Assembly: GCA_011109175.1 (NCBI GenBank)
Contig: RDEW01000046.1
Coordinates: forward strand, 347,317-411,316
DNA from: Dicyema japonicum
Lineage: Eukaryota > Animalia > Dicyemida
DNA length: 64,000 nucleotides
Reading direction: 5' to 3'
Shown piece after piece: positions 1-12,899 of the stretch. Position 1 is the first letter of the stretch. Every line of letters starts with the position of its first letter. A program made the translations under genes and the position numbers. The notes below the pieces were generated by a model, which worked only from the letters and a program-made list of their open reading frames with translations, was not told where the DNA came from and searched no databases.

Positions 1-699
1 TTGCATTAAAGAGAACCGTTTGAATTTCTTCACACCTCTACGTATTTTTGAAGGGTGGCTTACCAATTTCAATTTGCAAAGGCTTAATTATTTTAATTTT
101 TTGTTAATAAATTGTTTTCCATTAAAAATACTTAATATTTACAGTTTGGTGACTATAAGTGCAATTGTTCCTCAATCACTACTACTTGGATAGCAATCAC
201 TTGACCTACCTAGAATCTTATTAAGAAATCCTCCCTTTTAGCAAAAAAGCAGTAAAAGCGATTGTCTAAAATTATTGAGGATTTTTACTTTATTAGTTTT
301 GCAAAAATGTCTTTTGTATATTATTATCATATATCTTTAAGAACAGAAATGGACTTTGTTTCTTTAGTTTTCATCGCTTTCCTGTACATAATTTTTGAGT
401 TTGAGAAACGTGAGGTCTAGTTGAAATAAACTTGTGAATTAAGATGATCAAAATACTCAAGTATTTTTGTCAAAAACAATAGTTAATAACTTGATATGAA
501 ATATTTACCATTAAAACTTGGCTAACAAATTTTTGTATAGAAACGAGGACAAGCATAACGACTTATTAACCTTAATGAAATAATAAATGATATTTACTCA
601 CCATTTGTTCAAAAAATATTTATTGGAAATGTATTAGGCTCATGATGGGTCGTTGGATTGAAAGGTAAATAGAACATTAAGATTATTTATTTTCTTCGG

Positions 700-1140
700 T
701 CCTTCATGATTCCGAAGAGAGGTGGAGAAGTAGATCTGCCTTCTTCAATTTTCATCACACGTCCTACTGTCCCAGACATCACTTTATTTTTTAGAGGAAG
801 AGTTTTCATAATGGTAGTCATCCCCAGTGGAATTGGTCAGGAGGAGGTAAGAGGATCATTTTCAGTAACTGTGTTATACCAGAAGGACTCGTCGTCTCGC
901 AGAATTGACCTTCGCTGAAAATACCATCTTTCTTATTCGAACTCGCGTTCAGCCAAAAGGGGGTTTGGTTGACAAAAACAGACGTTCTTTCTTTGGTTCC
1001 TTCCTAGGAGGATGGGTAAGTGAGGAGGGTGAATATTATAGTTAACATCGTTAATACCTGGACTCTTTCCGTTATTCAGTTTATTGGAATGTCTAAACAT
1101 CTCGGATCTCCGACAACTGATGTATCTCTTTATTATCATT
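700..1140 (-). mobile_element. Degenerate LINE ORF2 fragment (start of RT region)
   Basis: Minus-strand KLNNGKSPGIND and NDPLTSS*PIPLGMTTIMKTL resemble the LINE KSPGxDG and xSYRPISL...KTLE blocks. A homologous piece lies on the + strand at about 6690-6850. Confidence 0.55.
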
Positions 1141-1199
1141 TCTTAAAAGGGATTTAAAGTAGTCGAAATTTTTTTCGATCATCTCATCTCTCTGGACGG

Positions 1200-1432
1200 C
1201 ATTCTCTCAATGTTGGAACATTTTATCGATTGAGACTGTTGACCTCAGGAGACGTGGAACAAAATCCAGGCCCAAAGAAGTTAACAATCTAGAGCGTAAA
1301 CATAAACAAGATCAGAGGAAAGATTGCCGAACTTTCCTTATTCTTGGAGAGGAACAGAGTAGATATCTGCCTTCTCCAGGAAACGAAGCTTTCAGAAAAC
1401 ATTTCTACTCCTCTCTTTAATGGAGATAGGAT
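1200..1432 (+). mobile_element. LINE ORF2 5' fragment: 2A-like peptide followed by APE endonuclease start
   Basis: 1230-1274 reads LRLLTSGDVEQNPGP, then KKLTI*SVNINKIRGK and, frameshifted, IAELSLFLERNRVDICLLQETKLS (APE N-terminal motifs). Confidence 0.85.
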
Positions 1433-2963
1433 TTCTTTTTATTTTATTACTGTCTTCTTTTACATATCTTGTATTCTATATGCGTAGTCTTAAGTTTTTT
1501 GTGTTCTCGATGAAATAGCAATATGTTTGTCATATAAACGAGCCGATGGTGACGTTCTCATGTAACAATGACCGTACAATGGTTTTAATTCCGTTTTAGA
1601 TTGACGTCCATCGATCTTTTGGTAGAATCTCGGTGTTCAATTATGAAATAAATTGATTTGAGAATATGTAAACAGATAATATAATCATTCTGATTGTAAA
1701 TGAGAATTTTTTTCCTTTGTCCCATCCAAGTGGTTACATGTTGAATGTCCTGCTGCACAGAGAGTCACTCAAAGCATTACCAATCAAGCTCATCATTCCT
1801 CTACTATGAGCTTTAATGAAATTTTCGTCTCTACGACGTATTCATACTTTTGCGTTCCAGTCTTGGGGGAAGCACGTATGGCAACGGGAAGATTTGAATA
1901 AAAATTTTCAATTTCTACAGGACATTTCATTGCCATATCCATTGCATACGTGTTAACATAGTCAGAGGCATTTTTCTCATCATTAGTTGTAATATTTATA
2001 TCCTCCCACTAACTCTCCAACACTTGTGACTTTAGTTGACATGAGGTTTATGGGTTGCAAAACCATTATGATTTAAGTAAAATTACCATGCATCGTCCAA
2101 CTAGTTTATCCAAATATTTGTTTAGCTTGGTCTTTTGGAGACAAGAGACTAAAACTCCATAACGACTGCGGTCCTCGGACAACTGTTTTCTTAGTAGTGA
2201 AGAGAAAATTCCTCTGAAGTTAAATGTCGTAAATAAAAGTTTTCCAGTGTTGTATTAAGCATATGAGCAATAGAGGGACGTCACCACCTAAATAAATAAA
2301 AACCTTCTCAAATATAGGAAACCGGTAACTAGCATAAAAGTAACAACCAAAAACTCTAGCTTCAAGAGATCAGACATCTCTGGTGAGAATCAGAAATCGA
2401 AGACGAACCAGGACAAGAGTAGATAAATCGATTGTCAGATTCTGTTCATATAATCTTGTAAAGAAGTATGATTACCTTGGCAAAGGCGACACAAACTTTT
2501 CTCCAATGGAAGTTCGTGTGGACATCGAGATCACTTCTTTTCCTTTTTCCCGAGTTAATAAATTAAATAAACCCTTGCCCTCCTTCTAATGAATGAAATG
2601 ACAGATAATGAAGACATTATATGTATAAAGTATCGAAGAAGTGTCGGGTACACCAAGATACTAATAGTCTGGTCACAACTCTGGGTGATTTTGACATTGG
2701 TTCTTTACCTTAGTGGTAACTATTAGTCAAAATGGTAGAAAACGTTTTATCCTTTTCTACAGATATTTCCTATTTTCTTAGTCTCTTAACTTTTTGATTA
2801 AGTCGAGACTTATAAAGCACGTGTACAATCAATAGAAGGATATTATTGAGACCATGAATGAAGTGTCCTCGGTATGTTTGATTGAAAAAGTGAGCTAAAC
2901 CAAGTAACACAAAGTCTTTAAAATATTCGATTATTTAATGTAATTAAGGGTTCAACATCATCA

Positions 2964-3678
2964 CTAAACATCACAGATGGGTTCAGCATCCTCAATGATG
3001 TCACATTCAGATTCACTTATCTTTGAAGCAGACACGTCGTCAATTGAATCAGCATTCTAACTTAAATTTACATGGACAACCTCGTACAGATCACTCTGAG
3101 AAGACGATGACTTTAACAGGGCATCCACAATATTTTTCTTCTCCAGTCTTGTTTTCTCATTTTCAAAAAAATCTTCCTTGTCACACTGTTCTAAGGTTTT
3201 GACTGACTCGGAACGACAGGGAGGATGCATAGAGCTGCTAACCAGCTGCAGTAGGATGGGGACCCCTGAAGAATCTGGGTCATCTAGTTTAAGAGCTTCA
3301 ATGATCTCTTTTCGGGTCATCGAACATCTTTGCTGAAAATAAGGCAGAAAGTACAATCGAGCATTCCGGTAGAAAAACAGACTCAGTTTTCTCAAGTTTA
3401 AAGAAATTCAAGAAATCGACGATAATACTGAAAGCCAACAGGCCGTCCTCACTTTGAACAAATTCGGCGACTTTATTACGACTTGCTCCTTTCTGATTGA
3501 TATAATAAGGAAGAAAACCTGGAAAATTCCCTGGTTTTCAAGCAGTAGAAAAATGCTTGCACGAATTTTGGCCTAATAGTAATGTAGATACCATTACTTT
3601 CACACTACCAAGGATTCCGTTGGAGTTAAGGTTTTGTAATACCAAATCTCTCAATTCAGTATCATCTTCATTTGACAT
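2964..3678 (-). CDS. CEP43: Centrosomal protein CEP43/FGFR1OP (FOP, LisH dimerisation domain)-like
   Basis: Splicing GT-AG introns 3573-3597 (25 nt), 3493-3518 (26), 3333-3354 (22) and probably 3057-3080 (24) gives MSNEDDTELRDLVLQNLNSNGILGSVKAKIRASIFLLLENQ...DGLLAFSIIVDFLNFFKLEKTESVFLPE...GVPILLQLV. This matches the FOP N-terminus (EEDTELRDLLVQTLENSGVL..KAELRAAVFLALEEQ). The 3' end is uncertain. Confidence 0.88.
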
Positions 3679-4149
3679 TTTCGAATTTGGTTGTCCAGTG
3701 ATAACAATTTTAAATCAGTATTTATTTATTAAATATAAATATATTTTTTTATTATATAATATGTTGGACTGGACTTTGTAAGAAAGATGATCTTTTTTAT
3801 GTAAGAAATAGCGTGCTTCCTCGTTAGTGAGGTCAAGTAATTGACTGACTAACATGTTCAGGCTTTGTAGGAACTTTAAAGAGGTTGATTATGCGGGAGA
3901 AGATTTCATTTTATTGGGACTTTTGTTTGATCAACAGATGTGTTTTTTAAACTTTAGCATAAATCGACTTTCAAATGTCCAAAAAAAGTAAACTTTCCCA
4001 AATTTGCCATTTTTGGTTCCAGCATTTTTTGCGGCAAATTTGAAATGGAAAATTTCAGAATTTAATCAATAATTTTAAAATAGTTATTGGGAAACTTCTC
4101 GTCGATGAAAAAACTAAATTTGATTTTTTACAAAAACAAAATTTTCGAA

Positions 4150-5060
4150 TATTTGCTTTAAATCTTGTAGTAGATGTAATAAAGACGACATTCTCTTCGT
4201 TTTCAACGTTCTCAAGAAGATCCTTTTCAATTTCGCTTTACTCTTTCAGAACTTTAATACGGAAAAGAACATCGATAATCATATTTTTTTGAAACACCTT
4301 GGCATTTTTATTTTTCCAATCATAAAGGCTTTAATTTATGATTTTCAGACATATCTGCGCATAACATCACAGATACTTTATCTTTGAAGTTCTTGTATCA
4401 CCGAACGGAGTTTTGCAGATACTTATGGGTGGAACAAGCTTGTAAAAAATCCCAGTTTCATCCAGGTTATAAATCTGATCGCAGGTATATGACTTTGAAA
4501 CCTCTTGAAATTCTTTGAGAAACCCTTCATTGTCGACACTTTTGCCAGTTCACATTTCCCATGTAATTTCCGCATCCGAAATCCATGCCTTTTCTTAAAT
4601 TTGGATAAAAATCCACGAGTTTTTGAACAATGCACCTTAAAATTTAAAAACATTAAGAATACCTTTTGATTCCATCGAATCCATCCACTCTACAAGCTTT
4701 TCATCAGTTACGGGAACTCTAACTTTTTGACTTTTTGTTAAGAATTTTTTAGTTTTGAATTGTTCAAAAATTGACTCACGACTCTTTAAGGTAGCGCTAA
4801 CTGTCTTCCGGCAAACAAAAATGAAAATTTATCGACATTCTTTGGCATGATAAATAAAGTTGTCTGTATCCTTATAACACAATATTTGGCAAATTCCCAT
4901 CATCTTCTTACAATGCCTGACATTTCAATACTTGCTACGCCTGTTATGTAGTTCTTTCCACTTCGATTATATTAAAATCACATTTTCCTTAGGTGGATTT
5001 CCTGATAAAAACGCCCCGAGTTTTTCGAGTTCTTGCTTACTTCTTCGACGCATCAGAAAC
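4150..5060 (-). mobile_element. Tigger/pogo-like transposase remnant (CENP-B HTH plus DDE_1)
   Basis: TRGFLSKFKKRHGFRMRKLHG (CENP-B HTH-like) and DKVSVMLCADMSENHKLKPL..GK..PRCFKK (DDE_1 start), with many stops and frameshifts. Confidence 0.75.
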
Positions 5061-5699
5061 CCTCATAAATATGTTAAATGTTTTCACGAGTTGTTATAAT
5101 CAAATAAAATCAATCAATTTCAACCTCCAAATTTCCCCTGTTATGATGAAAAGATTTTCTATTTCTCGTTGAAGTTTAAATTAGCTCAGCCGTTGAAATC
5201 ATTTTGAATATACATTTTGATGATTATGGATAGCTTTAGAAGATTGGTAGTTTTGATGGGATAAATTTTACTGCGCCTTCAGATGCAGCATGAGTGCATA
5301 TTAGTCCTCTTTCAGTTCATCGAAACATTTGGTGGATACGGTCCTTAACTCTTATTCAGGATTAAACATTTTTGTCTCCGTCAAAAGATATGAATATAAG
5401 GCAGTTGAACCGGATGATCTCATTAATCAGAATTGTTTTAGGGGTGCAAGAAGACTTGGCTACCTCAAAATGGCTAGCTGCCATTCAATGGGTGCTTAAT
5501 TGAATGCTTAACGTGCAGAAATCATCAACTTGGTGGATAATGAGAATGATATAGTGATAATAGAGTCCTCGTTCCATCTTCACCTTAAAGTGTATGTGTA
5601 ACGAAAATGTCGCTATGGACGTTGGATCAATCCCTATGATTATAATCCATGTAATGCAAATTGAGTGTGGACAGTTTCCCTCGGAATCTATTTCTCAAC

Positions 5700-5950
5700 G
5701 AGAGGTTAAATGAGCTTTCCTCTGCTTGCCTCCATTATTTTTAGAGCTCATTTGTCTCTCATGGAGCGATGGAAGACGACCTGATTGGATAACAACCTTC
5801 CCTTTTCAAAAGGACTAAATCTTTGATGGGACAGTACGTGGGTTTACATTTGCTGCTTCTGTGGTTTACATTCCAAGCAAGTCAAGGATCACAAAAAAAG
5901 AGAAGTACCAAAATATTTTGGAAGATCATTTGTTAGTCCCTTTTGATGTA
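5700..5950 (+). mobile_element. Possible Tc1-like transposase fragment
   Basis: ITKKEKYQNILEDHLL resembles the Tc1 motif M..EKYQNILE..LLP. The rest is highly degenerate. Confidence 0.35.
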
Positions 5951-6169
5951 AACTGAAATTTTAGGCAGAGTAATATAACTTCGCTCCTCTGTTACCTTTA
6001 ATCCTTAAAGACCGCACCATTCTCTTATTTCTTCCATATAAACACTTAGTATCATCTCCAAGGTCATACTCTATATCTGGCTTCACATCTAGGTTTCTTG
6101 AAGAGGAAAGATTTTCGTCTCTCTGCCACGTGTCCTTCACAAAATAGTTATTACATTTTATCATAGAAG

Positions 6170-6420
6170 GTATAGCTCATCTGGCTACCGGACAGCCACC
6201 ATAGCATATTTTGTGGCTGTCGACCCTCAGCTGACATAAGATGTTTCGTTAGTTAGTTCCGGGGACTCCAGATGCTATTCGGTCCTCCACGATGAAAAAA
6301 TATACTTGCCCATTGCAATGTCTTGCGATGTTCCGAAATGTAGACAGCTATAGCATCTCGGTGACGTCCTTCTGGCCCATTCCAACTGATTTCCATCTAT
6401 CAAATAGAAGAACCAAAGAA
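6170..6420 (-). mobile_element. LINE ORF1 (gag-like) zinc-knuckle fragment
   Basis: RCYSCLHF(G)HIARHC..., then H....GGCP: CCHC knuckles typical of I/Jockey/R1 ORF1, frameshifted. Confidence 0.55.
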
Positions 6421-7262
6421 ACTAGGAATAAAGGAGACAGCTTCTGTACTCAATTTTAAGCTCATCTTTACAACACGGACTCCCCTTCCATTTTAAAAGA
6501 CGTTTCAGTAACTCAATGGTGTGGGTTAGTTCGTTCATATTAGTTCGTTATCATCTTTCCTTCGCATAACCACAGGTTTGTATGATTACCAGTTCGTGTT
6601 TTTGGTGAGGTTATGTAAGCAAAGACTGATGTCTTGAGAGGTGAAAGAATGGTCTGACCTGTTAGGGTTTATATGTTTCTGGTGTGAGGCGACGATTCCT
6701 TTTGGCACAACACAGTTTTGAAAGGGATTCTTTTAACTTTTCCCTGACCAATCCCACTGGTGAAGATTACAGTAATGAAAACTCTTCGCCAAAGAATAAC
6801 ACTAGGACGTGTGACGAAAATGGAAGAGAACGTAATACTTTTCTTTAGAAGCAGAAGATGGACTATTGAAGGATCGATTTCAGACTTTCTACCTCGGGTT
6901 CCTTCATTGGATTAATGAGTTGACCGTTTGTGCTGGGCTTACCAAAAATTGTAATCTAGGCGTTAATGTGTCACACGGACGGGCAGTTACATTTTTGACA
7001 TTGAAAGTGGCATATATCAAGTCTCTGATATTGAATTTTTATTAATACAAAATAAACAAAAATGTCATACAGCAGCCGCCCTGACTACTTAGCTATTCCC
7101 TCTCAGGACGACTTGCGAAATAAAGCCCTACACGAGTATTAATATAGAGGAGTCAACAAAATCGAATATAAATGTCGATATTTTAATGTTAAGAATGAAA
7201 TTATTAGAAAAGTCATTATAATCTGTTAAGTTTGTAAAATTTCGGCCCATTAAGTGTAGATT

Positions 7263-7596
7263 AATAATAATAATAAAGCCTTTTCACGAGAGCCATAGTA
7301 TTTTATAGCTCCGCATAGGCAGGACACACACTTTATTTAAGTAAAGAACAGTTAATTTTAACTAATCGTAGAACCAAGGAATGATCTTCACTTCTTTTTT
7401 TTCTTTTTCTTGTGTGAGTGTCCTTCTAGACAAATCCAGTTCCGCAGTGAGTATTCACTGTGATGACGGCGTCACTCGTCAAACCATTTCTGCATCGTAG
7501 ATGCGTGGAACCTTCCACCTGGTGAACAGCAGCGAGATTCGAACCCGTAGCCTAAGCCACTTAAGCCCGACACCTAACCACTAAGCCACCCGGGCT
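7263..7596 (-). mobile_element. tRNA-derived SINE, copy 1
   Basis: Head has A box (TGGCTTAGTGGTTAGG) and B box (GGTTCGAATC), with a (TTA)n tail. 9-bp TSD GTGTAGATT at 7254-7262 and 7597-7605. Closely similar to 24559-24873. Confidence 0.9.
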
Positions 7597-7849
7597 GTGT
7601 AGATTGGATATACAAATCACCATGTTTTTGCTTCTTGTCCCCATGAAAGATTTATGATGGATGGTATGGAGACTAGAACCTAGTTTGTCGCAAAGAAGGA
7701 TTTGTTCCGAAGTCCTTTCTACTCAAATCTATTAATGTGTAATTTATCACCCTTATTAAAATCATACTTAATTCGTTTTTAAATAAATAATTCTAATATT
7801 ATTTTAATGTATATGCATCCAGCTACAGAAATAATTAATATTTTATCAA

Positions 7850-8343
7850 ATAGTTGAGGTAGCTTTAATGAGTCTCACGTGCATCATGGCTTTTAATACT
7901 GTCAAGCGTCCCAGCTTCTTGAGGAAACGATGCGATTTCCAGCTTATTCCTCAAGTCTTAACGTACGATGGGAGGTAACGTGAAATGATCAATCAACACT
8001 TCGTATTTTTTTCGCCTAGGCTTCGGTCCAAGTCTGATGAGATACCGATACGGACAGTATCGTCATAGAGATGGGTCTGATGTTTACCGACCTTAAGGGC
8101 ATTGATCCAAGCGTCACTCCATTCGCATCTTCCAGTGACTAGACAGGGTTTCGCTGTTGGTTTGATAGGTTCAGAAGCCTCTCATATTTATCTTCGCAGA
8201 TGGACCTGTAATGGTCTCTCTGCTCAGCAGCTTGACTTTCAGATGCTCCATATCTCTGATCCATTACGATTCTGTTGGGAGTTGGAGAATCATCTTGATC
8301 AACCGCTGACTGGAGCACAAGGAGGATAGATATGCAGGGCGAG
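7850..8343 (-). mobile_element. CRE-like (RLE) non-LTR retrotransposon copy A, 3' part, split by an RTE insertion
   Basis: SDAWINALKVGKHQTHLYDDTVRIGIS matches CRE SGAWLNALP...LDNDTLRIAVGLRLG. RFLKKLGRL...DARET resembles the RLE C-terminus. Confidence 0.7.
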
Positions 8344-8372
8344 CTAAATCCGTTGGTGAGAGGATTTACAGT
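8344..8372. repeat. 29-bp target-site duplication of the RTE insertion (partner 10831-10859)
   Basis: CTAAATCCGTTGGTGAGAGGATTTACAGT is identical at both positions and directly flanks the element. Confidence 0.92.
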
Positions 8373-10830
8373 ATTATTATTATTATTTAAAGCACTCCCG
8401 AGAAGTCATAAAATTAATCAAGCCTCCCTTGTGCCGTATTTCTAGCCATCCTCTCTATCAGCCTTTTCCAGGACCCTCTACTTCGTGCCAGTTCACTTAA
8501 GGTATCTAGGTCGTCTGCGGAAGTGAGCTTCAGTCCCACAGCCGACAGGTCTCCATTCAAAATAGTTGGGAGTGTGACTCTTGGTCTTCCACGGAAACCG
8601 GCTCCCGTATGCATTAAGTAGTTTTCCATGGCGATATTCGCGGGTACTTGAGCATTTAGACGTAAGATATGTCCAAAGAGACTCCATCTTGATCTGAAGA
8701 TCTCCTCGGATAGTATACCAGATTTGCACTTCGAGTAGAGGTCATTGTTTGAGATCTTCTTAGGCCACTTGATCTTGATTACTGATTTCAATTGTGTCCT
8801 GTGGAAAGCGTCAAGACGGTCCATCTCTTGTTTAGAGATTCCCCAAGTGCCTGAATTGTAGGTCAGGACGGGGATGACAAAAGCCTTATATATTCTGAGT
8901 TTGGTGTTTAATCCCATCCTCTTCTTATGACCCCACATATTCGATACTTTCTTTAGTGCACACATTGCGAGGATTTTCCTCCGAGAAACATCTTCTGAGT
9001 CCCCGAGAAGCGAACCCACCTTCTTTTGCTTTCTCCAAGACTCGTCCGATCTTCGATCATTGCGTGTAAGTGTTGTGAACTCTGTTTTATCGGTGTTAAC
9101 GGTTAAGAACCATTTCGAGAATACGTGTGGAAGAACGTTAAGCATGTGTTGAAGTACTTGAATATCCTCAGAAACAAAGTCCAGGTCGTCCGCGTAGATT
9201 ATCTCGTTATAATTGTTGCCAACCAGGGGTCTGAACTCTCTTAGTGCGGCCTCAAGGTAGACAATAAAGAGGACCGGGGATAGTGAGTCCCCCTGTGGAA
9301 CTCCACGTGAGGTCGAAAAAAAGTTAGAGGTAGAGTCACCAATTTTGACGGCAAGTTGAGTGTTCCGCATGAGTAAGTGTATTATTTTGACATCGTCAGG
9401 CAGTAGAAAACTCTCCAACACTTCCATAAGTTTTCCACGGTCCACCGAGTCGAACGCACGGGACATGTCGATACCAAGTATCTCAATAGATTTTTTGTAT
9501 ATTTTGGCACAGGGCACAATACCACCTGTGCCCCCATACCACGTCAGCCGTGGACCTGCCCGTCCGGAATCCACTTTGGCCGTCCGAAAGAAATATGTTC
9601 ACCCTCTCCTTTATTCGGTTTAAAGCAATGAGGGATAATGTTTTTCGTATGGAGGTTAGGAGTATAATAGGTCTGAAGTTGTGAGGGGGGCCTTTACTTT
9701 TTCCCGGTTTTTGTAGTGGAATTAGCCACCCTTTTCCCAGTTCCAGTTCATCTGCACCCTCGAGAGACCGGTTGAAAATGTTAGTAATCATTTCAATTAG
9801 CTCCTCCGGGCCGTATTGTAAAAGTTCTGCAGTAATGAAGTCTGGTCCGGCAGATCTTCCGGTATTTAATTTTTTAATAGCTTGTTGAGTTTCGGATATG
9901 GTAATAGGGCTAGTTAGAGTGTACTTGTAAGACTTCCGAGATTTCATTGCTTGGTCAGCCGCGTCCTGTTTGTTGAACATAAGGTCAAAATGGGATGCCA
10001 GAACGTTTGCTTTGTTAATGGTCCCGATAACGTCGTGACCAAGGTTGTCATGGACAGTTAACGAAATTGGACAGTTTTCTCTGCTAAGAAGCCGGATTGC
10101 TTTGAACATTCTTGGTCCGTTCTTGTACTTTAATATGTCTGAGATTTTCTCCTCAGCTTCATTTTTGGCAAGGAATCTTTGTATTTGTTTGATCTTCGTT
10201 AAGACTCTCCCTCTCTGGGTGCGCAGTACTTTGATATCTTCCGGAGCGTTTGTGTTTTCCATCCGGAGTCTGAGCTCTTTCTGTGTTACAGAGAGTTGTC
10301 CGATATCCGGATTACATTGTTTGTGACGAGATTTGGTGATGTGACCAAGCACACTAAAGGCTGTGTTTTGGATAGCAACCACTATTTCATCCCATAAGCT
10401 GTTTGTCGGCTGATTTTGGTTAATACTGTTGATGCTATCTCTCAGAACTGCACTATAACGACATTTGGTGGATTCTTCGTAGCGTAACCTCTCAGTGTCG
10501 AAACGTACTGAGGTAAGGCCTTTGTGTTTCCCGTGTATTCCATGGATTCTTTTAAGTACTAGCCGGGCGACCACAAGTTTATGATCGCTACTTGTTTCAA
10601 GTCCACCGTAAGATCTCGAGTCCTGTAGGAGGGCCTTCTGATGTTGCTTGCAGATAATATAGTCGATCTGATTGTATATATTGACTGTGTTTCCAGATTT
10701 GCCTTTTCTGGTACCAACCCACGTGGTCCTGTGTCTTGCCGGGTGCTTGAAACAAGTGTTGCATATGAGTAGGTTGAATGCCGTGCAAAATTGTATTAAT
10801 GCCTCTCCGGGGATGTTACGGCGGTTTCTA
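8373..10830 (-). mobile_element. Young 5'-truncated RTE-like LINE (APE C-terminus plus RT)
   Basis: Open frames 9483-10830 and 8414-9574 are joined by one frameshift near 9490-9510. Motifs QIDYII, SDHKLV, GPDFI, FRPIILL, GIDMSRAFDSV, GVPQGDSLSP and YADD are present. (TAA)n tail at 8373-8387, and a 29-bp TSD. Confidence 0.93.
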
Positions 10831-10859
10831 CTAAATCCGTTGGTGAGAGGATTTACAGT

Positions 10860-11200
10860 TAACAAAAATTTCAAAGGAAAATATTGAGAAACATCTTCCC
10901 CTATGAGGCCGGGAAACCTCACCTTCAAGACGTCACCTTCACCGACACATTGGCCCCTTCCAACCTACACCAGAGTTTCTCTGGAGCCTGTTCTGCCGCT
11001 AGAAGGCCGAGAGGTCAAAGTATGAGGTACTACCAGAGGATTTTCTACCGCGATTGAAACTTTTGGTTTCCTTGAGTCTTCTCTGCACAAACAGGAGATC
11101 TCCGTGGGCACTGTTTGCTATTTGAGCGAATCTCCTTCGCCATCATGAGAGGTAATAGCCACACGATCAGGGCTGCCGCTATATGACCTTTTTGTTTATT
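10860..11200 (-). mobile_element. CRE-like element copy A, 5' part
   Basis: Continuous with 7850-8343 once the RTE and one TSD are removed. 11110-11190 is homologous to 33360-33450 of CRE copy D (GCCGCTATATGACC block). Confidence 0.6.
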
Positions 11201-11822
11201 TTTACGGAAAACACAAATCAAATTTACTACTCGCTTCTAAACCTTTCGTCTCTTATAAGAGGAGTCGTCGACCTGAGTCCCATTCGTTTCACCTCAGTCA
11301 GGTTACCTGGAACGTCATTGAACTGATCTGCTAATTCCACCGAGTGATTGGTCGCTGTAACCAAATCTTCCTCGATAGTATGCACTCCATACTTATACTC
11401 CACCAACATGCTCTCCAACGTATTTTTGAGAACAACGGATTGAATGTATGTTCTAGTTGGTGCATCGATTGCGATGGCTCCCAAGTGAGATTTATAAACC
11501 TTCGAAAGGACACCGTCTCAGGTTAGAACAATAGGTATGACTTTGACTGGAGCACCATAAAGTAGTTTGAACTCTTCAACCAATAAATCGTACTTATGCA
11601 ATTTTTATGTGCTTCACTAATCATTGAGAAGTAATAAGTACAATTTTATTTTATCGTGGTCAAAAATATAAGCTTTATTGAACCTGACCTGAGTATCTGT
11701 CTTTATGAATGTGTCCATTCAGATTTTTGCAACTGAGTATTGACTATGGAATTGATAGAATGCGTCTTCAATGTCTTTGATTTCTTGACGTGGTGCATTC
11801 TTCATAAATGCAATGTAGTCAC

Positions 11823-11890
11823 TGTTAAGCGGAGTGCGGAAAAAAAAAGTCCCGTGGGGAAAAAAGTCAAGTCGTCTTTTTTTAGTTTAT
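11823..11890 (+). repeat. Solitary terminus related to the MITE at 21463-22146
   Basis: GGAGTGCGGAAAAAAAAAGTC...GAAAAAAGTCAAGTCGTCTTTTTTTAGTTTAT matches that MITE's TIR. No partner end found. Confidence 0.65.
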
Positions 11891-12484
11891 TTCTTTCCAA
11901 ATCAGCAAGGCATCGGTACAACATACAATCACTTTTATGTGAAATTGAAAAAGTCCTCTCCAAGGTTAGCACGAAAAATATATGTTTCAGTCAATTTGTG
12001 TAATCACAAATATAAACTAATTAGCACGAAACAAACACATTACGTTCGAATATGGTCTATTTGTCACGTAGTGCATTAATTTGTACTACAAATTCTGAAA
12101 GAATTCTCCGTTGTGCTACTCTTCCTTTTTTCATTTCCGTTGTGCTACTACGAGAGAAAAGATTCTCGCCCGAAAAAAGAAAACAAGGCGAGCGGCGATC
12201 AAACTATCCCTTGGGAAGAAATTGTACTACCCGAATATTTTCTCAAAAAATAAAGAATAAAGATGATTTAATTCGCAAGATTTTATTCTAAAAAGTACAA
12301 ACAGAATATTTAATAATCGTCATGAGAGCAAAAAAAATTAAGAAAATCAGACGAAAAACATGTTCAGTTATATAATAATCATTAGGATTAAAAATCGAAA
12401 AAGAAGGCAACATAGATAATGTGACGATTTCGATACCAACCGCAAAAAACATACACCAACCGCAAAAAACACCTACACGTGATT

Positions 12485-12690
12485 TGCGGTCAAGTTATCG
12501 GGAGCCGTTGGTCCAATGACGGCTGAGTTCTTGCGAGAACTCGGAAGAATGCTTGCCAGAAAGAAAGGGGATCAACGAGAAGGGTTATGGCTGAGACAAA
12601 AGATTGGAGTGGCCATACTCCGAGGTAACTCATTCGCAATCACGCAGTCGGCTTCCTCAACAAACATTTGTTTCTTTGTTAAATAATTGT
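12485..12690 (+). mobile_element. CRE-like RLE C-terminal fragment (copy B)
   Basis: GAVGPMTAEFLRELGRMLARKKGDQREGLWLRQKIGVAILRGNSFAI. Confidence 0.8.
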
Positions 12691-12899
12691 CTTTAACAAA
12701 AATTAAATCAATAAAGGCAAGGTCAATTATGCCCTGCAGGATTGGGCAGGTGATTAGTTATTTCAAAATAATATGGACAATTTTGTTATAAGATCAAGAA
12801 ATCATCATTAATTTAAAAAAAATTATCATTATATGGACATGGGCGGGCTTAAGGACGTTAGTGACTCGCTCCTCCTAACTTTCCAGGTCATTGGACAAT

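Noticed and set aside
1480-2330. Possible transposase or gene remnant
   Set aside because: All frames are stop-ridden and no motif could be recognised with confidence.
9483-10928. The 481-aa ORF as a full gene with its own start
   Set aside because: The N-terminal 30 or so residues come from the TSD and the flanking CRE remnant. The RTE is 5'-truncated at 10830.
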